A stretch of 64,000 nt of DNA from Acidimicrobiia bacterium (GTDB taxonomy: Bacteria; Actinomycetota; Acidimicrobiia; UBA2766). The notes below the pieces were generated by a model. The model made no database searches. It had not been told where the DNA came from and saw only the letters and a list, made by a program, of their open reading frames with translations. The stretch covers positions 324,316 through 388,315 of the forward strand of contig JAXLRM010000004.1 in the NCBI GenBank assembly GCA_046331095.1. Reading direction: 5' to 3'. A program made the translations under genes and the position numbers. Below, piece by piece: positions 23,876 through 32,599 of the stretch (its first letter is position 1; the number at the start of each line of letters is the position of its first letter).

Positions 23876-24787
23876 ATGCCAGCATCTCCGGACACCCCCG
23901 CCGGTCGCCACATCCGCGAGATCATCAGCGAGCGCGGCCGGTCGTTCAGCTTCGAGTTCTTCCCGCCCAAGACCCCCGAGGGGACGGAGAACCTGTGGCG
24001 GGTGATCACCGAGGACCTCGCGCCGCTCGACCCCGCGTTCGTCTCTGTCACCTACGGGGCGGGCGGCTCGACGCGGGAGAACACGCTGCAGATCGTGCGC
24101 CGCATCGCCGCGGAGACGTCGATCACGCCGATGGCGCACCTGACCACGGTGCTCGCGTCACGCGACGAGATCCGCCAGGTGATCGCGGATCTCGCCGACG
24201 CCGGCGTGCGCAACATCCTCGCCCTGCGCGGCGATCCGCCCCGTGACACGGCCGACTACGACCGCAGCTCCGACGATTTCGCGTACGCCGCGGACCTCGT
24301 CGAGTTCATCCACGAGCATCCCGGGGCGGACTTCAGCGTGGGTGTCGCGGCCTTCCCCGAGCGCCACCCCCTCGCGCCCGACCTCGACACCGACGTCGCC
24401 AACTTCGTGGCGAAGGTCAAGGCCGGCGCCGACTTCGCGATCACGCAGTTCTTCTTCGAGGCGCACCACTACTGGCGCTACTGCGAGCTCGCCGACCAGT
24501 ACGGCATGCCGGCCGACGTGCCGATCATCCCGGGAATCATCCCGGTCACGAACCTCGCACAGGTGCAGCGCATAGCCCAGCTCTCCGGAGCGGACTTCCC
24601 GGCCTGGCTCTACGACCGTCTCGCGGCTGCCGGCGACGACGCCGAGGCGGTGCACGCGGTCGGCGTCGCACAGGCGACCGAGCTGTGCCGCGAGCTCCTC
24701 GAAGGCGGCGCGCCCGGGATCCACTTCTACACGCTCAACAAGTCGCCCGCGACCCGGGAGATCCACGCCAACCTCCAGAGTCCGTGA
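23876..24787 (+). CDS. metF: 5,10-methylenetetrahydrofolate reductase
   Basis: SFEFFPPKT, VTYGAGGSTR and ALRGDPP motifs. Confidence 0.93.
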   Translation: MPASPDTPAGRHIREIISERGRSFSFEFFPPKTPEGTENLWRVITEDLAPLDPAFVSVTYGAGGSTRENTLQIVRRIAAETSITPMAHLTTVLASRDEIRQVIADLADAGVRNILALRGDPPRDTADYDRSSDDFAYAADLVEFIHEHPGADFSVGVAAFPERHPLAPDLDTDVANFVAKVKAGADFAITQFFFEAHHYWRYCELADQYGMPADVPIIPGIIPVTNLAQVQRIAQLSGADFPAWLYDRLAAAGDDAEAVHAVGVAQATELCRELLEGGAPGIHFYTLNKSPATREIHANLQSP

Positions 24788-25152
24788 GCGCAAGGTCGGA
24801 GGGCCCGGGCGAGCGCGAGCGTCCCGCACGCCAGCGGCCGGGCGAGACCTACCGGCACTTGTCCCAGCGCCAGCGCACGGTGGTGGCGGCAGCAGCGATG
24901 GTCGTGATGATCGCGTTCGGGTTCCTCTTGTTGCCCTTCGACGCCGAGGTGGACGGCGTCGCGGTGGCGTGCGGCAGCCCTCTGACCCCGGCGCCCTTGG
25001 AAGGCGGGAGCCCCGCTGCTGAGGCATGCAACGACGGCGCCGGCGCCAGGCAGGTGGCCGCCGGTGCTGTCGTGGTCGTCACCGTCGTGACCGCGTTCGG
25101 CGTGCGAGCGTGGCTCGCCCGCCGCGAGGTCGGGGGTGACGTGGGGACGTGA
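24784..25152 (+). CDS. small two-TM membrane protein, unknown function
   Basis: GTG 24784 forms a GTGA overlap with the metF stop. Basic N-terminus followed by two hydrophobic helices. The 3' end runs into the family-B repeat. Confidence 0.5.
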   Translation: MSARSEGPGERERPARQRPGETYRHLSQRQRTVVAAAAMVVMIAFGFLLLPFDAEVDGVAVACGSPLTPAPLEGGSPAAEACNDGAGARQVAAGAVVVVTVVTAFGVRAWLARREVGGDVGT

Positions 25153-25249
25153 GACGGGTTGTGGACCCGCTTTGCGTCCCCACGTGGGGTGTTCGGATGG
25201 ACGTGGGGACGCGAGACGGGTTGTGGACCCGCTTTGCGTCCCCACGTCG
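25139..25249 (+). repeat. family-B tandem hairpin repeat, 61-nt period, 2 units
   Basis: Arms GACGTGGGGACG / CGTCCCCACGT(G/C) at 25139-25188 and 25200-25249, with an inner CGGGT-TGTGG-ACCCG hairpin. Confidence 0.9.
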
Positions 25250-25290
25250 GGGGTCGGGGGTCCGGGGGGTCGGGGGACTGAGGGCGCTGC

Positions 25291-26217
25291 TCAGGCGGCG
25301 ACGAGCGCACGCAGGTCGGGGCGGCGCAGCTTGCGGAGCGCCGAGGTCTCGATGCGGCTGATCTCGCTCGGGCTGCGCCCGATGATCTCGCCGATCTCGC
25401 GCCGGGTCATCGGCTCGCTGCCGTCGAGGCCGTAGCGCAGCTTGACGACTTCGGCCTCGACCGACGGGAGCGCGTCCACCGCCGTCGCGATCACCTCGAC
25501 CTGCAGCGGGTCGACGGCGTCGTCGAAGGTCGGATCGGCGGACTCGCCCCAAGCCACGAAGTCGCCGAGTTCGGAGCCCTCACGGTCACCCACGGGCTTG
25601 TTCAGCGAAGCCATCGACGCGGGGACGTCGAGACAGACCTGCACGTCCTCGGGGCTGAGCCCGGTCACCTCGGCCAGGTCGGCGGCCGTGGGCTGACGGC
25701 CCGTGCGGCCCTCGAAGTCACTCGCGGCACGTAGCACCTTGGTGACCCTGTCGCCGACGTGTACGGGGAGGCGGATCGTGCGGCCGCCGTTGGCCATGCC
25801 ACGGCTCATCGCCTGGCGGATCCACCACGTCGCGTACGTGGAGAACTTGAAGCCCTTGCGGTACTCGAACTTGTCGACCGCGTGGATCAGGCCGAGGTTG
25901 CCCTCCTGGATCAGGTCGAGGAGCTCGTGGTTGCCGCCGATCTTCTTGGCGATGCTCACCACGAGGCGCAGGTTGGCGTTGATGAAACGCGCCTTGGCGG
26001 CGTCGGACGCGGCGACGGCGGCTTCGAGCTCGTGGCGCCGGGGCCCAGAGAGGTCCGACGGCTCGGCGAGCTCGGCGGTTGCGGCAGCACCGGCCTCGAT
26101 CGCACACGCGAGCTCGATCTCGTCGTCCTTGGTGAGGAGCTCGTGACGTGAGATGTCTCGCAGGTATGCGCCCACCATGTCGGTGGACGGGACAGCCTCG
26201 GTCGTGGTCTTGGTCAT
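25291..26217 (-). CDS. RNA polymerase sigma-70 family factor (group-2 / SigB-like)
   Basis: Region 2 DLIQEGNLGLIHAVDKFEYRKGFKFSTYATWWIRQA and region 4 REIGEIIGRSPSEISRIETSALRKLR. ATG 26217 (MTKTTTE). Confidence 0.92.
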   Translation of the reverse strand: MTKTTTEAVPSTDMVGAYLRDISRHELLTKDDEIELACAIEAGAAATAELAEPSDLSGPRRHELEAAVAASDAAKARFINANLRLVVSIAKKIGGNHELLDLIQEGNLGLIHAVDKFEYRKGFKFSTYATWWIRQAMSRGMANGGRTIRLPVHVGDRVTKVLRAASDFEGRTGRQPTAADLAEVTGLSPEDVQVCLDVPASMASLNKPVGDREGSELGDFVAWGESADPTFDDAVDPLQVEVIATAVDALPSVEAEVVKLRYGLDGSEPMTRREIGEIIGRSPSEISRIETSALRKLRRPDLRALVAA

Positions 26218-26289
26218 CCGCTCTCGTCTCTGCTGCGCCGGACACGGGTCCGGCGACGGCACACCCTGTGCAGTTGATTCGTTGCCGAT

Positions 26290-26315
26290 AACGAGCGTGG
26301 ATGCGTTCCGATTCC
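26290..26315 (-). promoter_or_regulatory. candidate ECF-type promoter (GGAAT-N17-CGTT) upstream of the sigma factor gene
   Basis: The minus strand reads GGGGGAATCGGAACGCATCCACGCTCGTTATC, about 70 nt upstream of ATG 26217. Pattern only. Confidence 0.3.
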
Positions 26316-26465
26316 CCCTTTAGCAGACAATCAGCCAGATTTCAGGCTACGTTCAGGACTGCGGGGGATTTGGGGTAATTGTGCAGGGCGGGAACGGGAA
26401 TCGCATGCGACCACACGCGATCCCTGCGCCCGCGGAGAGTGCAGAGACAGGCGCGGAGCGTCGCC

Positions 26466-26963
26466 TCACTGAGTCTGGAAGGTCCAGTTGTAGGTCTGCG
26501 TGGCGCCGGGGTCCGAGATCGGGAACACCGTGGCCTGGACCTGGTGACGGCCGGGCGCGAACTCCTCGATGACCCGCTCGGGCCCTGCCTGGAAATAGCA
26601 CTCGCCGAGCTCCTTGACGCCCACGTACTGGGACTCCGGGATCCGGATCCCGTCGATGACCAGGTTGCAGGTCCAGCTCTGCTGGGTCTGCACGCCGACG
26701 CGGTCCTGGCTCATCATCGCCCCACCTGCGGGGGGGAGCACGAACTGGATGCCGTCGGGCATCGCCGGCGCCGAGCCCATTGAGCGTACGAGCCACACGC
26801 CGCCGCCGACGAGGAGGGCGACGAAGACGGCGAGGACGCCCAAGGCCAACGCATAGCCGACGGGTCCGAACGCACGCTGTCTCGCCGGGGACTCCGCTCC
26901 GACGGAGCTCGGCGATGTGATCGTGTCGGTGCTGGTGTCCGCAGTCTCGTGCTCGTCGCTCAC
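26466..26963 (-). CDS. membrane-anchored hypothetical protein
   Basis: 165 aa with normal amino-acid composition. Acidic N-terminus, one TM segment (VGYALALGVLAVFVALLVGGGVWLV), then a beta-rich C-terminal domain. GTG start. Confidence 0.6.
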   Translation of the reverse strand: MSDEHETADTSTDTITSPSSVGAESPARQRAFGPVGYALALGVLAVFVALLVGGGVWLVRSMGSAPAMPDGIQFVLPPAGGAMMSQDRVGVQTQQSWTCNLVIDGIRIPESQYVGVKELGECYFQAGPERVIEEFAPGRHQVQATVFPISDPGATQTYNWTFQTQ

Positions 26964-26972
26964 GCCGTGATC

Positions 26973-28310
26973 CTATGGCCCCGCGAGTGTCGAGCGAAGG
27001 TCGCAGCGGAACGCGGGATCGGCGATGGCGACGAGCGCCGCCGCCCTCTGGTCGAGCGTCCGTCCCGCGAGCTCGGCGACGCCGTGCTCGGTCACGACGT
27101 AGTGGACCCGCGAGGCCGGTGTCGTCGTCGGCCCCGACAACTTCGCGACGATCCGCGATCGTGCGGGACGCGTGGGGGTCGCGGTGGTACTCGACGCGAG
27201 CACGACGATCGAGCGGCCACCGGGCGCGGCGCACGCGCCCGTCGCGAAGTCGAGCTGGCCGCCGGGCCCCGACAGCGTGCGCCCGCCGGCGGCCTCGGCG
27301 CCCACGTTGCCGGCGAGGTCGACCTCGAGGGCGAAGTTCACGGCGCAGAAGCGCGGGATCGCCGCCGTGACCGCGACGGGGTGGATCGCGCCGGTGTGGG
27401 CGAGGCGGACGCGAGGTTCTGTCCGCGCCCACGCGAACAGGGCCCTGCTGCCGATGAGGCTCGACGCGAGCAGTGGCGGCAATCCCGACGGGTGCTCGGT
27501 GCCGAGCACGGGCGAATCCGCGAGCTCGATCACCCCGTCGCCGAGCATGCCCGAGTGCAGGACCACCCCGCGTGCGCTGGCCCGCGCGAGCTCCCCGCAG
27601 AAGGCGTCGCCGATCGTCCCTATGCCTACCTGGACGCACCCGCGGTCGGGCACGAGCCGGGCAGCGTGCGCGGCAGCAGTGCGTTCGGCCGCGCTCGGCG
27701 GCCGCACGACGGCCTCCACGGGATCCGTGTCGACGTCGACCACGACGGCGCCGTCGAGGTCCACGAGCGGCGCGCCGGCGATCTCGGGCAGCGACGCGTT
27801 GCGCTCCACGAGCACGCGCCCACCGTGGTCGCGTGCGGCTGACACGGCGTCCGGCACATACCCGTGTTGGATGCCGAGGCTTCCCGTTTGTGTCGTCGAG
27901 ATGCAGACGGTGTCGACCTCGAGTCGTCCGTCGGCGAAGCCGCGAGCGATGTCGGCGTACCCGATCGGTACGGCGACGGCGGCGTCGCCGGCGGCGTCGA
28001 GCCCGCGTCCCGCCATGAGCGCCTCGATCGTCGCCCCGCCGGCACGCGCAGCTCGAGCCCAGGGCGGTTCGGCGACGACTACCCCGGCAACGATCGTGAG
28101 GTCGGTGCGGCCTTGCCGGCGCCGCGACCCGACCTCGGAAGCGAGCAGGCCGCCGAGCCTCGCGGGCTGCCCACACGCCTCCTCCACGTGCACCCGCCGT
28201 GCCGACTCGAGTGCGATGACAGCGTCCACGGGCGGCGAGGCTACGCACGGCCCGTCGCGTGGACGGAATTGGGGCCCGCCCGGAGAGGCAGATAGCCTCC
28301 TGACTCCCAA
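26973..28310 (-). CDS. acetyl-CoA hydrolase/transferase family protein (4-hydroxybutyrate CoA-transferase-like)
   Basis: The GGQLDFATGA motif is typical of the family. The start is uncertain. An alternative GTG at 28229 (VDAVIALES) fits the family N-terminus better. Confidence 0.8.
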   Translation of the reverse strand: MGVRRLSASPGGPQFRPRDGPCVASPPVDAVIALESARRVHVEEACGQPARLGGLLASEVGSRRRQGRTDLTIVAGVVVAEPPWARAARAGGATIEALMAGRGLDAAGDAAVAVPIGYADIARGFADGRLEVDTVCISTTQTGSLGIQHGYVPDAVSAARDHGGRVLVERNASLPEIAGAPLVDLDGAVVVDVDTDPVEAVVRPPSAAERTAAAHAARLVPDRGCVQVGIGTIGDAFCGELARASARGVVLHSGMLGDGVIELADSPVLGTEHPSGLPPLLASSLIGSRALFAWARTEPRVRLAHTGAIHPVAVTAAIPRFCAVNFALEVDLAGNVGAEAAGGRTLSGPGGQLDFATGACAAPGGRSIVVLASSTTATPTRPARSRIVAKLSGPTTTPASRVHYVVTEHGVAELAGRTLDQRAAALVAIADPAFRCDLRSTLAGP

Positions 28311-28344
28311 GTCAGCCTCGCATACCTATCTCCAGGGGGAACCC

Positions 28345-29232
28345 GTGGGCACTCTCGACGGACGCATCGCGATCATCACCGGCGCCGGCCGTGGCCTCGG
28401 CCGCGAGCACGCTCTGCTGTTCGCAGCGGAGGGCGCCAAGGTCGTCGTGAACGACCTCGGCGGCGACATCGGGGGCGAGGGCACCGACGCCACACCCGCC
28501 CAAGAGACCGTGCAGATGATCAAGGACATGGGCGGCGAGGCCATCGTCAACGGCGACGACGTGTCCGACTGGGAAGGCGCCCAGCGCCTCGTGAACCAGG
28601 CCGTCGAGACCTTCGGCGGCCTCGACGTGCTCGTCAACAACGCCGGCATCCTGCGCGACCGCGTCCTCGTCAACATGACCGACGCCGAGTGGGACGCGGT
28701 CATCAAGGTCCACCTGCGCGGCCACTTCTGCCCCACCCGCCACGCCGCCAACTACTGGCGTGCGGAGTCCAAGGAGGGCCGCACCCGCGAGGCGCGCGTG
28801 GTCAACACCGCATCGGAGTCGGGTCTCTTCGGCAACCCCGGCCAGGCCAACTACGCGGCGGCCAAGCTCGGCATCTGCGCGTTCAGCTCGGTGATCTCCA
28901 AGGAGCTGACCCGCTACGGGGTCAAGTCGAACACGATCGCGCCGCGGGCCCGCACGCGCCTCACCGAGGCGACCCCGGGCCTGGGCGACATCGTCAAGCA
29001 AGAGGTCGCCGAGGGCACCTTCGACGTGTGGGACCCCGCGAACGTGTCGCCGTTCGTGGCCTACCTCGGCACCGCCGAGTGCCAGTTCAACGGCGAGGTG
29101 TTCTTCGTCTGGAGCGACGAGGTCCAGCGGGTGCAACAGCCCACGCTCGTCGACGGCGCCAAGATCAGCGGCGGCGGCGAGCGCCTCACGGTGTCGGGCA
29201 TCATCGACAACGCCAAGAGCCTCGAGGGCTGA
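28345..29232 (+). CDS. short-chain dehydrogenase/reductase
   Basis: TGAGRGLG, NNAG and YAAAK motifs. GTG 28345 follows AGGGGGA. Confidence 0.9.
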   Translation: MGTLDGRIAIITGAGRGLGREHALLFAAEGAKVVVNDLGGDIGGEGTDATPAQETVQMIKDMGGEAIVNGDDVSDWEGAQRLVNQAVETFGGLDVLVNNAGILRDRVLVNMTDAEWDAVIKVHLRGHFCPTRHAANYWRAESKEGRTREARVVNTASESGLFGNPGQANYAAAKLGICAFSSVISKELTRYGVKSNTIAPRARTRLTEATPGLGDIVKQEVAEGTFDVWDPANVSPFVAYLGTAECQFNGEVFFVWSDEVQRVQQPTLVDGAKISGGGERLTVSGIIDNAKSLEG

Positions 29233-29274
29233 GGCGCCCCGCGACGCAGATCACCGACGCGAATCGGGGGAGAC

Positions 29275-30822
29275 GTGGATCTCGTTGCAATGCACGCGAG
29301 CTACAAGGCCGACGCGACCGCTCTCGTCCAGGGCGACCGCGAGCTGACCTGGGGCGAGTACAACGCCGAGAAGAACCGCGTCGCCAACGCGCTCGTGGGC
29401 ATGGGTGTGACCGAGGCGGACAAGGTCGTCTGCTACGTGCACAACTGCATCGAGCGTTTCCTCCTGACCGCGGCCGGCGACACCCTCGGGGTCACCGTCG
29501 TCCCGATGAACTACCGCCTCACCGCACCCGAGGTGGAGTACATCGTCAACGACAGCGAGACCCGCTTCGTGTTCTTCGGCGAGGAGTTCGGCGACGTCAT
29601 CGAGGCGGTACGCCCGAGTTGTCGCGGGGTCGAGGCGTGGATCTCGACGGGCAAGAGCACCGGCCCGGGGGTGCTCGCGTGGGACGAAGCTGTCGGCTCG
29701 GCCTCGCCCGAGACACCGCCGACGCTTGCCGAGGGCGGCGGCGTCATGATCTACACGTCGGGCACGACGGGCAACCCCAAGGGTGCGTACCGCGAGCCCG
29801 GCCAGACCTCCGACGAGATGCGCGCCAAGTGGTTCGCCGACATGCTCACCGAGTTCGACATCCGCGGCGGTGACGACGTCCACCTCGTGAGCGGCCCGCT
29901 CTACCACGGTGCCCCGTTCAGCTTCGCGATGATCGCGACCGGCGTCGGCTCCAAGATCGTGATCATGCCCAAGTTCGACGCCGAGACCGCAGCACGGCTC
30001 ATCGCCGAGCACGGCGTCGGTTACACGGTCATGGCACCGGTGCTGATCAAGCGCTTCCTCGCGCTGCCCGACGAGGTCCTCTCCGGGTACGACCTGTCGT
30101 CGCTGCACACGATCGTCACCACCGGCGCGCCGTGCCCGCAGTCGACCAAGAAGGAGCTGCTCGAGAGGGTCGGCCCCGTCCTCTACGAGTTCTACGGCTC
30201 CACCGAGCTCGGCGTGAACACCATCATGAAGCCGGCCGACGTCCTCGCCAAGGAAGGCTCGTGCGGCAAGGAGTTCCCCGGCGTCGAGCTCGTGATCCTG
30301 CGTGACGACGGCAGCGAGGCCGACGTCGACGAGCCCGGCGAGCTCTACGTCCGTAAGCACCCGCTCGCGTTCAGCGGCTACTACCGCAAGGACGACGCCA
30401 CCCGCGGCGCCTACCGCGGCGAGGACCTCGTCAGCGTCGGCGACGTCGCCTACAAGGACGCCGACGGCTTCTTCTACATCTGCGACCGCAAGACCGACAT
30501 GATCATCTCGGGCGGGGTCAACATCTACCCGGCCGAGATCGAGAACGTCCTGCACCAGCACCCGGCGATCGCGGACTGCTGCGTGTTCGGCATCCCCGAC
30601 GAGGAGTTCGGCGAGGCCGTGCACGCGAGCGTGGAGCTCAAAGACGGTGAGTCGCTCACCATCGACGCGCTCAAGGAGTGGAGCCGCGACAAGCTCGCCG
30701 ACTACAAGCGTCCGCGCAGCATCGACTTCGTCGACTCGCTCCCGCGCGACCAGGCCGGCAAGCTGCGCAAGCGCGAGCTGCGCGAGCCGTACTGGGCCGG
30801 CCACACCCGCCGCGTGAACTGA
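29275..30822 (+). CDS. AMP-dependent acyl-CoA synthetase/ligase (FadD-like)
   Basis: AMP-binding motif MIYTSGTTGNPKGA, plus GELYVR and DADGFFYICDRKTDMIISGGVNIYP. Confidence 0.93.
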   Translation: MDLVAMHASYKADATALVQGDRELTWGEYNAEKNRVANALVGMGVTEADKVVCYVHNCIERFLLTAAGDTLGVTVVPMNYRLTAPEVEYIVNDSETRFVFFGEEFGDVIEAVRPSCRGVEAWISTGKSTGPGVLAWDEAVGSASPETPPTLAEGGGVMIYTSGTTGNPKGAYREPGQTSDEMRAKWFADMLTEFDIRGGDDVHLVSGPLYHGAPFSFAMIATGVGSKIVIMPKFDAETAARLIAEHGVGYTVMAPVLIKRFLALPDEVLSGYDLSSLHTIVTTGAPCPQSTKKELLERVGPVLYEFYGSTELGVNTIMKPADVLAKEGSCGKEFPGVELVILRDDGSEADVDEPGELYVRKHPLAFSGYYRKDDATRGAYRGEDLVSVGDVAYKDADGFFYICDRKTDMIISGGVNIYPAEIENVLHQHPAIADCCVFGIPDEEFGEAVHASVELKDGESLTIDALKEWSRDKLADYKRPRSIDFVDSLPRDQAGKLRKRELREPYWAGHTRRVN

Positions 30823-31037
30823 GCGAACCGGGTTCCCGGACGCGCCTGCGGCGCCGATCCCCCGGAAACGGGCAGGTGGGGGCACTTGCACCTCACGGTA
30901 TCGGCCGAATCGGACAGGCAGGAGCAGGATTCGGCGGCATCACGTCGAAATGTGTGGGCGGACCTCGGCGGACGGGAGACAAGGGCTTGAGGCCAGACGG
31001 CCAGGGTGGGCACGACCACGTCGCGCGCCGTGAGCGG

Positions 31038-31901
31038 ATGAGCGAGGGAATGGTGTTCGCCAACGGCATAGAGCTGTGGTACGACGCGATCGGCGACTCC
31101 AGCGCGCCCGCAGTCCTTCTGATCCACAGCATGGGTCTGCAGTCCGGCGCATGGGGCCCCGAAGTGGTCGATCCGCTCCTCGACGCCGGCTACCAGGTGA
31201 TCCGCGTCGACAACCGCGACAACGGCCGCTCCGAGTGGATCGACTACGCCCGCCACCCCTACGACGTGCGCGACATGGCCGTCGACATGACCTGCCTGCT
31301 CGACGCGCTCGACGTGAGTGCCGCTCACCTCGTCGGTTTCGCGATGGGCGCCATGATCGCCCAACAGGTCGCCATCGACAGTCCCGACCGTGTGCTGTCG
31401 CTGTCGTGCATCGCGGTGACGACCGAGGTCGAGCTCGCACGGATGGAGCCCAAGGCCCTCGACGTGTTCGGGACGATGCTCAACACGCCGCCACCGGGAC
31501 GGGGCGGGGGAATCGAGTGGGGCCTCGCGGCGCTGCGGTCCATGGCCGGGCGCGGTTTCGCTTTCGACGAAGGCTGGTGGCGGGAGGTCCTGCGTCGCTC
31601 CGGAAGGCGCTTCAACCTCCGCAACGCCCACGCCGTCGCGATGACCCGCACGCCGAGCCAGTTCGAGAGACTGAGCCGCTGCCACGTCCCGGCTCTGTTC
31701 CTGCACTCCGACGACGACCCCCTCTTTCCCCACGCGCGGGTGAAGGAGTTGAGCGAACGCATGCCCTCGGCACGCCTGCACACCCTCACCGGCGCGGGAC
31801 GCGACCTCAGCCCGGCGATCTTCGCCGAGGTGATGCCCGACGTCCTCGCGCACCTGGCCGAGGCGAGCGGGGCCTCCGGCGCCGGGTCGTCCGTCGCCTA
31901 G
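31038..31901 (+). CDS. alpha/beta-hydrolase-fold protein lacking the catalytic Ser and His (probable pseudoenzyme)
   Basis: The fold is recognisable (VLLIHSMG...RVDNRDNGRS...HLVGFAMGAMIAQ...GAGRDL). The nucleophile elbow reads G-F-A-M-G. Confidence 0.75.
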   Translation: MSEGMVFANGIELWYDAIGDSSAPAVLLIHSMGLQSGAWGPEVVDPLLDAGYQVIRVDNRDNGRSEWIDYARHPYDVRDMAVDMTCLLDALDVSAAHLVGFAMGAMIAQQVAIDSPDRVLSLSCIAVTTEVELARMEPKALDVFGTMLNTPPPGRGGGIEWGLAALRSMAGRGFAFDEGWWREVLRRSGRRFNLRNAHAVAMTRTPSQFERLSRCHVPALFLHSDDDPLFPHARVKELSERMPSARLHTLTGAGRDLSPAIFAEVMPDVLAHLAEASGASGAGSSVA

Positions 31902-31930
31902 TGCTCTCGGGGGCGGAGCCCCCCGGAGAT

Positions 31931-32599
31931 CTAGCGGCCGTATCGGCGCAGGGCGGCTTCGAGGGGATCGCAGCGCACACCGGGTTCGTCGACGACGGCC
32001 GCGAGCCAATCCGGTCGCGCGACCGCGCACACCGTGATCGGGTGCTCGAGGCCCGAGAGGTGCGTCGCCTGGCGCACGTAGGCCGTCGCGTAGTCCGGGG
32101 GGCGCACGTCCTGGGACAGCTCGGCGAGACCGAAGGGGTCAGGCGAGCGCGTGGCGCCCGGATCCGGAGGCCGGATCACCGTCGACGTCGGGCTCGGACT
32201 CCCACCCGCGAGACCGGGGCCGTCGCGCAGGATCGCGCCCCTGACAAGGTGCGGGCGGGCCCCCGCTATCAACAGGGCGACATATGCGCCGAGGCCGGCG
32301 CCGCACAGGGTTGCCGAGCCGAGATGGGCGAGGGCGACGTCGACGTCGGCCATCAGGGTCTCCGCGGTGTAACCGCCGCCCGCGGGTACCGTCGACGACC
32401 CGTGTCCCGTGAAGTCGAGCGCGTAGACGGCACCCGGCCACGTCGCCACGGCTTCGGGCACCGCTGCCGGCGAGCTCATCGCGAGCGGGTGCAACAGGAC
32501 CAGCGGCTGGCACCCGCGCTCGCCGTCCCCGACCTCGTGCTCGGTGCGCAGGGTGTGCAGGGCGAGGCGCACTTTCGCGTGGGTCAGCCACGTGATCAC
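31931..32599 (-). CDS. truncated or degenerate alpha/beta-hydrolase-like protein lacking the nucleophile
   Basis: LVLLHPLA...ALDFTGHGSS...LCGAGLGAYVALLIAG, where the elbow reads G-A-G-L-G. GTG 32599 forms a GTGA overlap with the upstream hydrolase stop. Confidence 0.6.
   Translation of the reverse strand: MITWLTHAKVRLALHTLRTEHEVGDGERGCQPLVLLHPLAMSSPAAVPEAVATWPGAVYALDFTGHGSSTVPAGGGYTAETLMADVDVALAHLGSATLCGAGLGAYVALLIAGARPHLVRGAILRDGPGLAGGSPSPTSTVIRPPDPGATRSPDPFGLAELSQDVRPPDYATAYVRQATHLSGLEHPITVCAVARPDWLAAVVDEPGVRCDPLEAALRRYGR

Noticed and set aside
30823-31037. Possible riboswitch or small RNA in the 215-nt gap after the acyl-CoA ligase, with hairpins CCGGG-TT-CCCGG and GCCGAATC-N16-GATTCGGC.
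   Set aside because: These are only short generic hairpins. I recognise no conserved riboswitch core, and a promoter or terminator explains them adequately.
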